A stretch of 63,990 bases of DNA, filler included, from Vezdaea acicularis (Eukaryota), in assembly GCA_026025075.1 (NCBI GenBank). It is 4 parts of 4 records of this genome, joined end to end, with 100 filler letters (N's around TTAATTAATTAA, not from the genome) between each part and the next. Parts side by side here need not be neighbours in the genome. Positions count along the whole stretch, not along the records: positions 1 to 17,578 come from JAPEUI010000210.1; 3 more parts are not named here. One strand, written 5' to 3'. The position numbers and the translations under genes were made by a program. The first letter of the stretch is position 1. Every line of letters begins with the position of its first letter. Of the stretch, positions 1 to 11,531 are shown in pieces. The notes beneath the pieces are model-generated. The model was not told where the DNA came from. It saw nothing but the letters and a program-made list of their open reading frames with translations, and did not search any database.

Positions 1-1296
1 AAAGTCTTCCTGGAGCCCCACTTCTTGTAGCTCTCTTAGCCTAATATCCTCCATTGATTTAAGCTCTGACTCAGAGAGCAGATAGTCGTATTCAATTGCC
101 TTGATAGGCACATGCAGGAGAAACAAGACCAATGCAATCAGTAATCCCGTTCGATCTTTTCCTTGTGTGCAGTGCACTAGAATCGGATAATTCGTTGGTT
201 CAGCGAGCACATCAAAGACCTTTTGATCACAGATCGAATCAGAGATGTCGCTAGCAAAGCTCTGGTTTCCTAACTCACCTGACGAAGCTCTTCGCCGCAA
301 TAATCTATCGAGTCATGGCCCAGTCCAGTCAGTCCTCGCGGCTGCATAACCTCCCTCCCGATAATGTTGATAGCTTGCATTCGAAAGCCAAACAGAATGA
401 GGAATATAACTTTACTACAGAAGGAAGATGTCAGAGTTCGAACAGGATGCTTAGATGAAAAGGGGCTCACATGATGCTCAGAAGCGAGAGCTTATAGAGA
501 AGTGCCTTCTCGAAGCCACCGCCATTCAGATTTATTAGCTGGTATTGCAATCCCGGTATCTGTAGAGCAGGGATGAGGGAAGTCGTTGAGGCGGTTGGGT
601 CGGTGAATCGTTTCCTCTCTTTTGCTTGCTTGATGTGCTCTGACCTATGATTTTAGTCAGTATCTGCACCGTGACTTCGAATGAGATCCGGAGAATTTGT
701 CAAAGCGCATGAGCTTCGTCAATTATGAATTTTTATTATTCGACCGTTCGGTCAATGATGAAAACGAAGAGCGCAAGATTGCCTTACTGTGCATTGGAAC
801 ATCGGGACCAAAATTGCACGGACAACAGATCATCTCAGAACATTGAAAATGCGCCTCTACATATGAAGCTGTAGGGCGAGGGTAAGGGTCATCATGGCAC
901 CGGTAGGAAGGGTTTAGACGAACTTGGTCCGCAAATCTATCACTGTTTTGATGTGGTAAGCCTCTACCAAGCGTTTCTGATCGCTTTCTGTCGCATCGTC
1001 TACAACAATGGGTCAGCAATGGCAAAATGTTTCCAGATGGTCGCGTCCCCTTACCTAATCTTGCAGAACGATACAGTCGTCCTTCTCTCATGAAACTGTG
1101 CGATGAAGTCACCTCCGGTTAGCTCCTTAATTCTGCAACATTCACTGGAGCATCGTATTCGTGCTTTCGCATCGGTTGATTGATGCGCAGTTGGATGATA
1201 AGGCTCGCCATCGCCATGTACTAACCTCGATCCAGCAAATTGATTGACCGTCCGTCCCACGTCGCGAAAGTTGAGAACACCTTCGAAGGATGCCAT
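1..1296 (-). CDS. Tyrosine/dual-specificity phosphatase (Y_phosphatase3/LipA-like family), multi-exon, 3' end beyond window
   Basis: Spliced translation MASFEGVLNFRDVG...EGRLYRSARL/DDATESDQKRL...IKTVIDLRTKSEH...YPILVHCTQGKDRTG. The NFRD, RS, VIDLR and HCxxGKDRTG P-loop motifs are typical of this family; GT-AG introns. Confidence 0.9.
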
Positions 1297-1730
1297 ACTG
1301 TTCCTAGTAAGTTAGTGTCGCACAGACCAAACTTCGTAGGCCCTGATGAAACACCTTCTGGTGGACGATCGGAGAACCCCCCATTTTCTCTAAACGACAA
1401 AGATTGGCGGTCTTGGCGGGGTGGTCGAGACCTCCCCTGATTAGCGCGTGAGGTAACTGCACTTTTGGCCTCGGTAGCGAACGTCGATCAGCGACCAAGA
1501 CGTCATCAACGTCACTCGCTTCATAGCAAAGTCCCGAGCAGTAGCCACAGGAGCTCTCATTTCCTGTTCACCTCCCTTTGAGCAAAACATTGAAAAGGGC
1601 CTGTGCTTGAGGAAACATCTCACTGGAGCTCCAAGAAGCTCGACACTCTCTTACAGAGCTGCTCAACATTCCTCAATCAGTACATTACACGCATTGCCGG
1701 ACTTTCCGCGCAACCCCTCATTCCACCGCG

Positions 1731-4451
1731 ATGGCTACAGCACCACCACAGACCGAACCAGCACGACTGGAGGACGAAGCTGCAACTGCTGCCTTGTACG
1801 TTAGCCGCGCAGAGAAGGCAGAAAAGGCCAACTCGAACTACATGACTGCGGACCAAAAGCTTTCATCTGCTGGTCAGTGCTCTATAGCCCGGACAACTCC
1901 ATTAAATTGGAACTGGAAATTCTATATCAAATGCTAACTCCACCCAGGTGCCGCTGCCTCTCTTAAATATGCAAATCCTAAAGATCTTCCCTCATATCCA
2001 ACACTAGGACTTTCGAGTAAGGATTCTTCTGCTGGCGCTGCTGCCAGCTTAGCCAACGCGCGAAAAAAAGACCTTGAGCTTTGGCACCCTGACCCGTCCA
2101 CGTCAGCTTCGAAAGCCGCTCTTCTTGCAAAAGACTACAAAAGCCCAGAAATATGGCAACCGGAGGTGGACAAAAACGGTTCAAAAGCTGCGCTGCTTGC
2201 AGCCCGGGACGGCGGCTCGGTCGATATCTGGCAGCCAGGCAAGTCCGCATACGGGAACTCTGCGGCTGCACAAGCTATGAAGTCAAGCGGTGGGTTGAGT
2301 CCGAAGCTGGACTACGGGTACACCACAGATGGCCATAGGAGGTCGCTAATGGCTGCAACGGGCGCTATGGCAAGGAGCAGGAAGCGATCGGAATCCACGC
2401 CTATCCCACGGGACACTTACCCTGACGAATCAAACTCTTCCGCAAATGCCCTAAATGCAGCTACTATAGCAAATAGGTCTCCTACAAAACTAAGGGGTGG
2501 ATTGCCGGCTCCTGAGACGTTCTCTTCCCAGATGAACATTGGTCGTGTTCACAACGCTGCGAAGAGCAACGTCTCGAGGGATCTTTACACATCTCATCCT
2601 ACTATCGGTCCAGCTGCAGAAGATAAGAACAGGCAAGATGTACTCCGCGCAGCTGCTGTTTCAATGGCCAAACAGATGTATGATATTCAACAGAAAACAA
2701 TAGATGATGCCGCTGCGAACGACCGCAACCAAGGTTTACAGGCTGCCAGAAGCGTCCATGGACGATACCCTTCCATCACATCAACTACAGACTCAATTAC
2801 ACCTAGCTCGCAATACAACAACTTAGAAGAAGCAGCAAGGAGACTAGCAGCTGAGCGGCTTGCGAAGCTTCATGACGAACATGCCTCTTATCGGAACTAT
2901 TACGGGACCACCCCTCCCCAACGTCGACTTTCGGTGATGAATAGGATGCGGCGCAGGGCATCCAGCGACGGTGCGACAATCGATGAGGACCAGCAGCAGT
3001 CCCGTCGCATTCGGACCCAAATGTCCCTCTTCTCAGATAACCTTGCACAAGTCGACGTTAAAAAACGACAGAAGGATCGAGAGGCACTCCTTGCGGCGGC
3101 ACAAAAGAACGTCACAGCTAGCATGCACGGCATCGACAAGCAGGTATTTGCAGACACCGGTCGGGTCGCGCCCTCAATGCTAGAAGAGTGGGAGGTGAAG
3201 GCCCGCGCAGTCGCGGAGAGGGATAGCAAAGCCCGGATGACGAACTACGGAAAAGTTGACATTGGTGGCGGCAAGTTCCTCGACCAAAAAGATGTTGACG
3301 CCGTAGCAACCAAGAACGTACAACCTCTCCTGGACGAAATCAACTTAAAAGCCGAAAAGCAACGAGCTCGCGAACTAGAAGCCAAGCTCGACGAAGAAGA
3401 GCGAAAGAGAAAAGTGCAGACCGAAAAGTCTCGTGAAGCAGAAATCAAGGCAGAGCAGAAACGCTTGAAAGGTACTGAATAAGTCCCAAACCTTGTACTA
3501 TTCCTACCCTTACCCTAACCCCTTACAGAACAAGAAAAGGCCGACGAGCGCAAACGCAAAGAATCCGAAAAGGCCCAGAAAGCCGAAGAGAAGCGCCTCG
3601 CCAGAGAAGAGAAAAATAAGTCTAAGCAGGAGAGCACGGTTGTAGCAGCCCGGGAAACTGAAGCTATCAAGGCCGCCAAAGCCGAGAGCGCCGCAAAGGA
3701 GGCCAAAGCGAAAGAAACTACCACCGCCGCTGGCGCTGGCACCGAAACAACCGTCCCAGCATCTTCCGCAGACCCACCAGGTAACGCCTCACCCGCGTCC
3801 CTCGTACCGACCGAGGAAGCAACCTCGCCCACCGCCGGCCCAGCCGTCACGACCGGCGTTTCCACCGCACCCACCTCCCCGAAGAGCGGCTCAAAGGCCA
3901 AAGGTTGGTTCAGCATGGAACGAGTGCGCTCCCGCCGCCTCAGCAAGCAGGGCGGACAGGGGACCATCCTACCCATGAGCTTCTACTCGCGAGACAAAGA
4001 AAAAGGCAACGATAACATCACGGGCGACAAGAGCCCGGTCGACGGGCCAACAATGTCCGGCGGCGACGGCGGAGAACCAGAATTCGACCACGCCGCCGAG
4101 CCTGACGGTGGCCGCGACGACAGTCTTCGCGAGGTCGCCATGGCCGGCCGGGACACCGATCCCGTATCCCCTGCCACTATACCGGATGTCCCCGCGCTCG
4201 CGGAACCGCAGAGAGAAGAGCGTAGTCCTAGCCCGAGTATCAGCCCCGTGAGCGAGGAGAGGGGCCGCTCTGGATTCGGGGATTGGATCAGAGGAGCCAG
4301 GAAGGGCCCGCAGGAAGAGGAGCATGAGCATGAGCATGAGCACGAGCATAAGCCAGACGAAGCAGAATTGGCGCCACCGCCAACGCTGGGCCGGGCTGAG
4401 AGGGAGGGAAAGAGTCCGGTACGAGACTCGAAGTTTGTCGAGCAGTTATAA
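1731..4451 (+). CDS. EIS1: Eisosome protein 1-like (Eisosome1/DUF3812), 3 exons (~1731-1872, 1948-3471, 3529-4451)
   Basis: N-terminus DEAATAALY...KLSSAGAAASLKYA; conserved GKVDIGGGKFLDQKDVDAVATKNVQPLLDEI segment followed by a coiled coil. The introns join the ORF-track pieces in frame. Confidence 0.8.
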
Positions 4452-4962
4452 GGGATCAAGAGAAGAGGGGTGGGAGGTGGGAGGTGTTTATCTCCTTTTT
4501 CGTCGTTGGTTGGGGAGATGACATGTCTGTATTTTTTATTCAAATATACGAATCGTCTTCACGCGTGTACGCTAGCTACTTAGTTCTGTGGATATGGAAT
4601 TTTCCCATCCCATCTAGAAAAGCTTATGCCTCACAGCATACAACAAGGATTCATGTAGGATGACGGAAAGGCTTGATGGGAAGTCTATGATAGATGGAAA
4701 AGTATACTAAGAAGTGAACCCTGACCCTAGTCCTAATCCTGTCCGATGAAAACCCCAGTCATGAGTGATCTCCCACTCGCCTCCAACACCAAAGGAGCGT
4801 CCAAGCCAATCCAGATCCAAGCGCCCGCTCGCCGCACAAACCTCCACCTTCCAAAGAAAGGAGTGACATGCCAACTCCTCCCAACCCATTCCACATACGC
4901 CCTAGACCTGTACCAAGAGAATAGCACGCACCCGACGTTCCGGCAGGCCCTCAGTCTGAGGC

Positions 4963-6462
4963 TCATTTCATGCGCTTGGTCTTTGACGGCTTACCTCCAA
5001 CGGGGCTGCGACTCGCCTGCCTCTTCCCGGGGGGCATAGCCCTTAGCTGCTCGAGCAAGCGCGTGAACTCGGCCTGATAGGCGTCCGGGGCGCCATAGGC
5101 GCGGATGCGGTCGAAGAGCTCTTCGATCTTATCGAGGGCATCTCGCGCGACGTCGGTGAAGCCCCAGAGGGCGTCGACGACGAACATGCTGTCGGCGTCG
5201 CGCTCGGCGTTGGGGGAGGAGGAAGAAGGAGGCCGCCCGATGAGCAGGGCGTAGATCTTTTGCCGCTGGCCAGAGGAGGTCACCCAGTCCAGGATGTCGA
5301 TCAGGACATTCAGCGCGATAGACTTGGTGGCGCGGTCGAGGGGGGCGCGCTTCTCCACGTCTTGGCACGTGCGCTGCACGATGTCGTAGAGTAAGTTTGC
5401 ACAGGTCGTGGGAGAGGGGGGCTCGTTGTCGTCGTCCTCGTCATCGTCATTGTCGACGTCGAGTCCTTGGATGCCGAGCCCGGCCGTAATACGGGCGTCG
5501 TGGAAGCTCGTGAAGATTTTGCGGGCGCGATCGTCCAGCTTGTGGTAGTAGACAGCGGCGCAGTAGTCTTCAGGGACCGCGGCGCGGAGCGAGTCGAAGA
5601 AGCGCGAGTCGTGCGCGGAGAGGTTCAGGATGGTGGTTTCTAGGCTGGTGGGTACAAGGACGTCGCCGACGGACGGGAGGGATTGTGAGAGCGCTTCGTA
5701 GGCGCCTTTGAGGTAGTCTTCTGGGAGTGAGCGCGGCTGGTCGAAGGTGGAGAGGATGTCGCGCGCTTGGTCGATTCGAGAGAATTCCAAGTCGTCTGAC
5801 TCTTCGGACTCTTCGGTGAAGAGGGTCTTGGAGGAGCGGAAGGGCCATTTCCTTTTCTTAGCTACGGCATCGAGCCCCTCAGTTGAGATCATCTCGAACG
5901 GGGAGTGCATCGTCAGAGGGTCCCCTTTACTAAGGGGGATAGACTCCGTGCTGGCCTTGGCTTCTCGATCACTGAGCCGGTCCAAGAGCCAAAATACATG
6001 CTTGCATGGCGTTTGAGTCTCTTGGAAATGGCGGCATGAACAGGTGGGCTTTGGGTATGGGCTGCGAGGTGATCCAATGCGGACTGTCTGTGGTGATAGC
6101 TTGGGCACGATCTGGAAGGCATAGTAGGGCTCATCAGAGAGCTTATCTGAACAGAAGTCGACGCTGAACTCCTCTGCAAACGCGTCCTTTGCTTGATCCC
6201 ACGCCCGAGGTGGGAGATCGAGGTTGTGATACTGACCAGATTGACCCTCCAGCCAGGCTGCCTTCTTGTCTGATGTTGGGGTAGACGGTGTAGCTGGATT
6301 TCCTGACGGAGACTCGTCCGCCAGGCCTGAAGGCATATCAGATTTGGATGGTGCGTCAACCTCCCCAGTGTTGCCAGAGGTCTTGCTGGCTTGCGATCTG
6401 GTGGTAGGCATACTACCCTGACGGATTGCTAGGTCGAAAGATGAGGAAGCCCGGGCAGGCAT
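4963..6462 (-). CDS. SWIM-type zinc finger protein (fungal conserved); start codon uncertain
   Basis: Long single ORF with CSC-x10-CKH (TCSCRHFQETQTPCKHVFWLL) SWIM motif and a basic C-terminus (KPSKTKRMK). Confidence 0.8.
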   Translation of the reverse strand: MPARASSSFDLAIRQGSMPTTRSQASKTSGNTGEVDAPSKSDMPSGLADESPSGNPATPSTPTSDKKAAWLEGQSGQYHNLDLPPRAWDQAKDAFAEEFSVDFCSDKLSDEPYYAFQIVPKLSPQTVRIGSPRSPYPKPTCSCRHFQETQTPCKHVFWLLDRLSDREAKASTESIPLSKGDPLTMHSPFEMISTEGLDAVAKKRKWPFRSSKTLFTEESEESDDLEFSRIDQARDILSTFDQPRSLPEDYLKGAYEALSQSLPSVGDVLVPTSLETTILNLSAHDSRFFDSLRAAVPEDYCAAVYYHKLDDRARKIFTSFHDARITAGLGIQGLDVDNDDDEDDDNEPPSPTTCANLLYDIVQRTCQDVEKRAPLDRATKSIALNVLIDILDWVTSSGQRQKIYALLIGRPPSSSSPNAERDADSMFVVDALWGFTDVARDALDKIEELFDRIRAYGAPDAYQAEFTRLLEQLRAMPPGKRQASRSPVGGKPSKTKRMK

Positions 6463-8541
6463 CTGTGAGAAGCTCTGATCGATGACATGTGGTCGAACAG
6501 AAAAGACATGCTGTTCAACGAACCTTTTTGTAGTCTTATGGCGAGTGCGACGGACGGTGTTCAGCAGTTCGGTCTTTAAAAAGGCCGAATCAGGCAATAC
6601 TGGGGCGGAACCTTGCAGAAGCAAGCCATCAGCCCCCCAACAGCGCTAAGTGGTAGGGATGGGGTACAAACGCAGGCGAAGGGTCCGTCGCAAGGCTCTC
6701 GAGAAGCGCAAGTCGAGCCATTGTTAAGGGCAAGCAGCCACGATCAGGTAGGGCCGAACCCCATACCTGGTAAGAGCTGTTTCAGCGTGGGAACAGCCGC
6801 AGCAAAAGGACCGCCATGAGTGGACAAGGACGAGGGTTGAAGGGGCCCAGTGGCAGAGACGCTAAAGGGTCAGAGCCAATAGGAGAGCATTGGAGGCGGA
6901 GGGGCAGAATGTTGGCTTGCCCTGGTACCATGACAACCTTGTGCATGTTGGTTTAGAGCTTAAATGGACTGCTGATGATAGAATCGGTCGTCACAGGGCA
7001 CGTCGCAGCTTTGCTTCTTTGATGTTGTACTGAGGATGTTTTCGGTGGCTAGGACAAAAGATACTTGGATCGCACTGTCCATCTTGCTTTACGTGCCAGT
7101 CTTGACGTTCAGAGAAGGCGAGCGGTGCTCGAGCCTCCGTGCGCGCTGCGTCAAGGTGTCATCCGTCCGCACGATGGGGACACAACGGCCTTTCCGATCG
7201 GCCTGCGCGGCTGAAATAGCCTTCCAAAGAGTCTCTCTTGAGACGACGAACCATCCAATGCCCATGGGGTCATTAGGCGGGGCAAAATTCGCATCTACCT
7301 CGCACTCCCGCTCGATTCCACATTCGTCTAGATGTCAATGCCGTTCTTGTCCGAGTCAATCTGGCGACCCCACGGTTAGGCCTGCTCGAAACGCCGTGAG
7401 ATTCTCCTCGTAGCCGCAGAGACCGTAATCGGCGGTATCTGAGCAGAGGGGGGTTTCCCCGGTAGACCATCTGCGAGGTGGATCATGGCACAGCTCAGTC
7501 AGCTATTTGGAGCCATGCTCTTGAAACATGCGCTCGAAGATGCCCTTCCCTGCCCGTCCATGAGCATGTCAAGGGGGTGGGCTGTCTAATCGCATCGCCA
7601 GGAGCGTGGAAGACTTTTCTCCTCGCGATGAGCGGATGGGGGTCGCAAGTGAAGTTGAGGTCGGTCCCGCGGTCTATCGTGACGAGCGGCGGCAAGTGAT
7701 ACAAGGGCTGCACCAAGGCGGCGGGGCTATACTTAAAATGGCGAAAGCGCGTCTTCCACCGCTCTCCTTGCCTCAACCGTGAGATCCTTCCAAATTCCAT
7801 TCCGCGGCTGTGGTGAGCCAAGTTGTAGATCAGTCAATATTCATGCGCGCTATTGAGCGGTATCTGCCTCATGGCTGGCTCACTGTATGAATTGATTCAA
7901 GGGTCGAGAGGCCCTTTCGTCTGATTGGAACTGGGCGGGGACCAAGTCTCTCGCGAGCCAATGGCAGCTTCATTGGGCGAAGTTGAGCAATGTTGGACCT
8001 TGAGGTCGCATGAAGCTGCTGTCACTTGACGGATGACTGCTGCGCAGTGGTGGTCTATGACATTTGCCTAAGGTAGGCTCTGCTGTTCGGACGGCTGCTG
8101 AAATCGAGCGTGAGTTGCTATTCAGTTCAGTCCAGGAGTTTCCCTGCTGGCAACCTACAGTAGCAAACAGAGGCAAACAGCATTTCGGCAAGTCTGCGGC
8201 AAAAAACATTCAGTCTCGATATAGCGAACGATGTTCAACGTAGATCACCAAGCTCTCGATGCACTCCTGGCAATGGCTTCTTGAACTTCCGTTTGAACTT
8301 CCGTACAAGTTCAGCTTCGGGCCGAGTGCACAGGGCTGATTCTGCACAGGTCGGAAAGGTAGTTCCTATGCGGCGGGGAGTCCAACATGTGGCTATTGAT
8401 ATCGGTGCATATGTTGATTGGCTTACTCACCTTTGAACACCAACATGGCCTTCGTGGGCCGTACATGACGGCGGCGACGCTAAGCCGTTGACTAATCAGC
8501 GATGAAATGGATGTCGTCGTGCGCAGCAGGGGAGGAGAGTC

Positions 8542-8945
8542 AAAAGCGGATTGGTTCGACCGGATATCGTCAGCTCCAGGACCAATCACCTAATCTATGT
8601 ATAACAAATCAAGACTTCTCACGAGCAGAGCCTCACGTTGGCTTAAGCATACCCCAAGATCTTCCACCCCTCTTTAATTGAAAGCACCTTGCTATTCGAG
8701 AAGAGGATGACATACCCAATGCTTCTCATTGGCTACTAAACGCTGATCGGCTCGACCGAATATCGTCGTCTTCAAAGCCCGTCACCTAATCTATAGCGAA
8801 TCAAGCTCCTCAAGAGCAGAGCCTCACGCTGTTTTGAGCGTATTTCAAGAGTTCCCATCTCTCTATAATTGAGAGCCCTCGCGCTAACTTCGAACATACC
8901 CCAAGGCCTCCCATCCCTCTTCAACCACAAGCGCCTCGATCTCGA
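8542..8945. repeat. Degenerate direct tandem duplication, period ~196 bp
   Basis: Shared blocks: TCGACCGRATATCGTC; TCACCTAATCTAT (8586/8782); GAGCAGAGCCTCACG (8623/8813); CATACCCCAAG. Confidence 0.8.
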
Positions 8946-10434
8946 GCAAATCCCAATCCCTCCCCTTCCCTCCCCCATCACCTGCCTACCCCTCAACCCC
9001 CCTCCCTCCCCTTCCCCACATCTTCATCCCCATCCATCCCCTTCTATCCCACCAAACACCTCCCCCTACCAGCCGTCTCAGCACACATCCACCCACTCCA
9101 CCGCCCCACCCTTGTCTAAAGCACATTTACACACATACCCCATCCCATCCCCTTCCCTGAATCCTATCCCCCCAACCCAACCCCCTCAAGCCCCAGCAAA
9201 AGGCCTAACCCCCCACCCCCTCAGTCCTTCCAGCTCAACGAGCCAGCATCCAACATCCACCACAAAAGCAAACGCAGAGTCTATGAGATAACAGACGCCC
9301 CCGTGCCCAATCATAGCCTAGGCGGAGGTGGGCGAGGAAGGGGGAGGAGGGATTGAGAAGGGAGATGTGCGCTGGATGAGACGCTACGTACATCCTCAAT
9401 GGGATAGATGAGCTTGTGGTGGGGATTTTCGTGTTTGGTCGGCATTCTGCTGCTACTTGTCCTTCGGTGAACGATTCCGCGAGTGGTTCCGCTCACGATT
9501 CGTTGGGTGAAGCTCGCTCATAATACTTACTCTTACCCCTCCTTTCCATACTGATTACCCCCTTTTCCAAGAACTCGACAGAATCCGCGTGGGGGCAGGC
9601 CGTCGGGCACTAGAGGCACACTCCCCACCCTACCAAACATTCCGCTAACTCTTCCCTCTCCCCTCCTCTCCCCCCTTCTCTCTCCCCTCCTCTCCCCCTT
9701 TTCCTCCTTCAAATACCCAACCTAACCCCCCCTCCCCCTTATCAAGAGAGATGGAGAGAAGGGGGGAATAGGAGTACACCCCCCCCCCCCAACTCCCCCC
9801 CCCCCTTTGAACAAACGCGTACACAGGAAGGAGGAAGAAGAAGTGACTCACCCACCTCAACATCCCCCCGGGGGGGGTGGCAATAGCCGCGGCTGAGGAG
9901 GAGCAGGGGGATGGGAAGGAGATGTTGGGGAAAGGAGAAGGGAGAAGGAAGAGGCGGGGTGTGATACTACTCTGTAGCGACGCAGCAGCGATGCAGCAGC
10001 GTAGCGAGTATTCCCTGTAAAGTTGGAGAAGGGGGAGAGAGCGGGGGGGGGGAAAGCAAGCTCGAAGGCGGATGAGAGAGGGAGAGACGGAGGACCAAGG
10101 AATCACGCGATAGGAAGAATCATGCAATGGAAAGAATCATGCAATAGGAATGAATTCACGAAACCAATCGATTCCTCTTCTCCTCCCACTAGCGCAGCAG
10201 AGCGAGAGCTCGCTCGCTCGCCAATGCCCGAGAAAAGAAAAAAAGGAAAGACGACATCAAACAATGAATGCCCTTCGCCCAGCCAAAGAAACTGATACAC
10301 GCGTGCAATATAGCCCATTAACCTCCCATCAGAAAAACCATTCACGTGTAACATCAAAGCCATCCCAGCGCCCAGCTCCCTACGACTTGAAAAAGTGGGG
10401 AGGGGGCGCGTTGAAAAAAAGACCACTCCTCGCT

Positions 10435-11531
10435 TTACTGCGTCGTCGGCGCTTCATGCAACTCTCCGCGACGCGCTTCCTCGCCCTTCTCCGGGACACC
10501 CGCCTCGTGCACCTCTCTCGCGCCGCCGAAGGCGCCCTTGGTCGGCGCGGTGACGGATGGCTGCATGCCCGAGATCTGCGGGGAGATGGGGTCGGCGGCG
10601 GGGTGCTGCTGGTAGGTGTTTGGTTGCATGTAGGGCTGTTGCGGGGGTTGCTGGGTGTATTCTCCTTGTTGTTGCTGCTGTTGTTGTTGATGCTGGGCCA
10701 TGGGGCCGGGTTGGTAGGCTTGGCCGCCGGCGCCGGCGACGTTCTGGCGCGCGGCGTTGCGGTGTTTCTGTACGGCCATGGCGTGGATGACGAGGGTGGC
10801 GATGAAGAGGAGGCTGCAGATTTCGTGTCCGTCAGTTCACTACTTTGTAATCGGGTGCTGGATGAGGGGCTAGGGAATGCGTCGAGTAGAGAGTATTGAA
10901 GGGAAAAGGAGAGGGGCAGAAAACGCACAACTCGAGTCCGCCGAGTCCTGCAGCCGCAGCGCCCGACTGCCACGCAGCATAGTACTTGTCGCTGCGCTTG
11001 ACGATGACGGCGTCGCGCTTCCAGCCATAGTAGTTATAGCCGTACACATAGTCGAAGGTGCCGTAGCCCCAGCCAGCCGAGTAATCGGCCATGATGGAGA
11101 AGGACGCGAGCCAGAAGATAATAATCACCATCTCGAGCGCAAGGCACGCGAGCATATTGTACAATTGGGGCGCGACGCGGGCGGGGAGCGTGGAGTAGGC
11201 GATCACGATGAAGGTAAGGATGCACTGGGTGTGGGTCAGCAATAGCTCGAGATTGAGAGGAGGGGGGGGGAGCTAAAGAAAAGGTACGTACGGTGAAGAT
11301 GTTGAGGCCATAGGCGTTCGTGAACTGGACACAACCTCGCGTTAGCAAAGGGAAGAGCTCGAGAAGGGAATAGAGGGGGGACAGTACGTAGGTGGCATGG
11401 AAGACCGATAGCCCGAACGACACGAGGGCGAGGATGACGAGGGCGAGGACGGCCTGCGGGATGCGCAAGTAGAGGAGGTAGTTTGGCGTCTCCTCGATAT
11501 GGGCGCGACTCTGCGTCGCGGCGGAAGACAT
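10435..11531 (-). CDS. MARVEL-domain (four-TM) membrane protein with Q/P-rich cytoplasmic tail, 4 exons
   Basis: LRIPQAVLALVILALVSFG...LALEMVIIIFWLASF...AAAAGLGGLE pattern typical of fungal MARVEL proteins; GT-AG introns; poly-Q tail. Confidence 0.85.

Noticed and set aside
3500..3526. Telomere-like CCCTAA/CCCTTA units
   Set aside because: Only 2-3 imperfect units, coinciding with the CTAAC branch point of an intron.
6850..7820. Minus-strand branch/acceptor signal followed by ATG (7470) and short ORFs upstream of the SWIM gene
   Set aside because: All frames close quickly and nothing is recognisable; may be UTR sequence.
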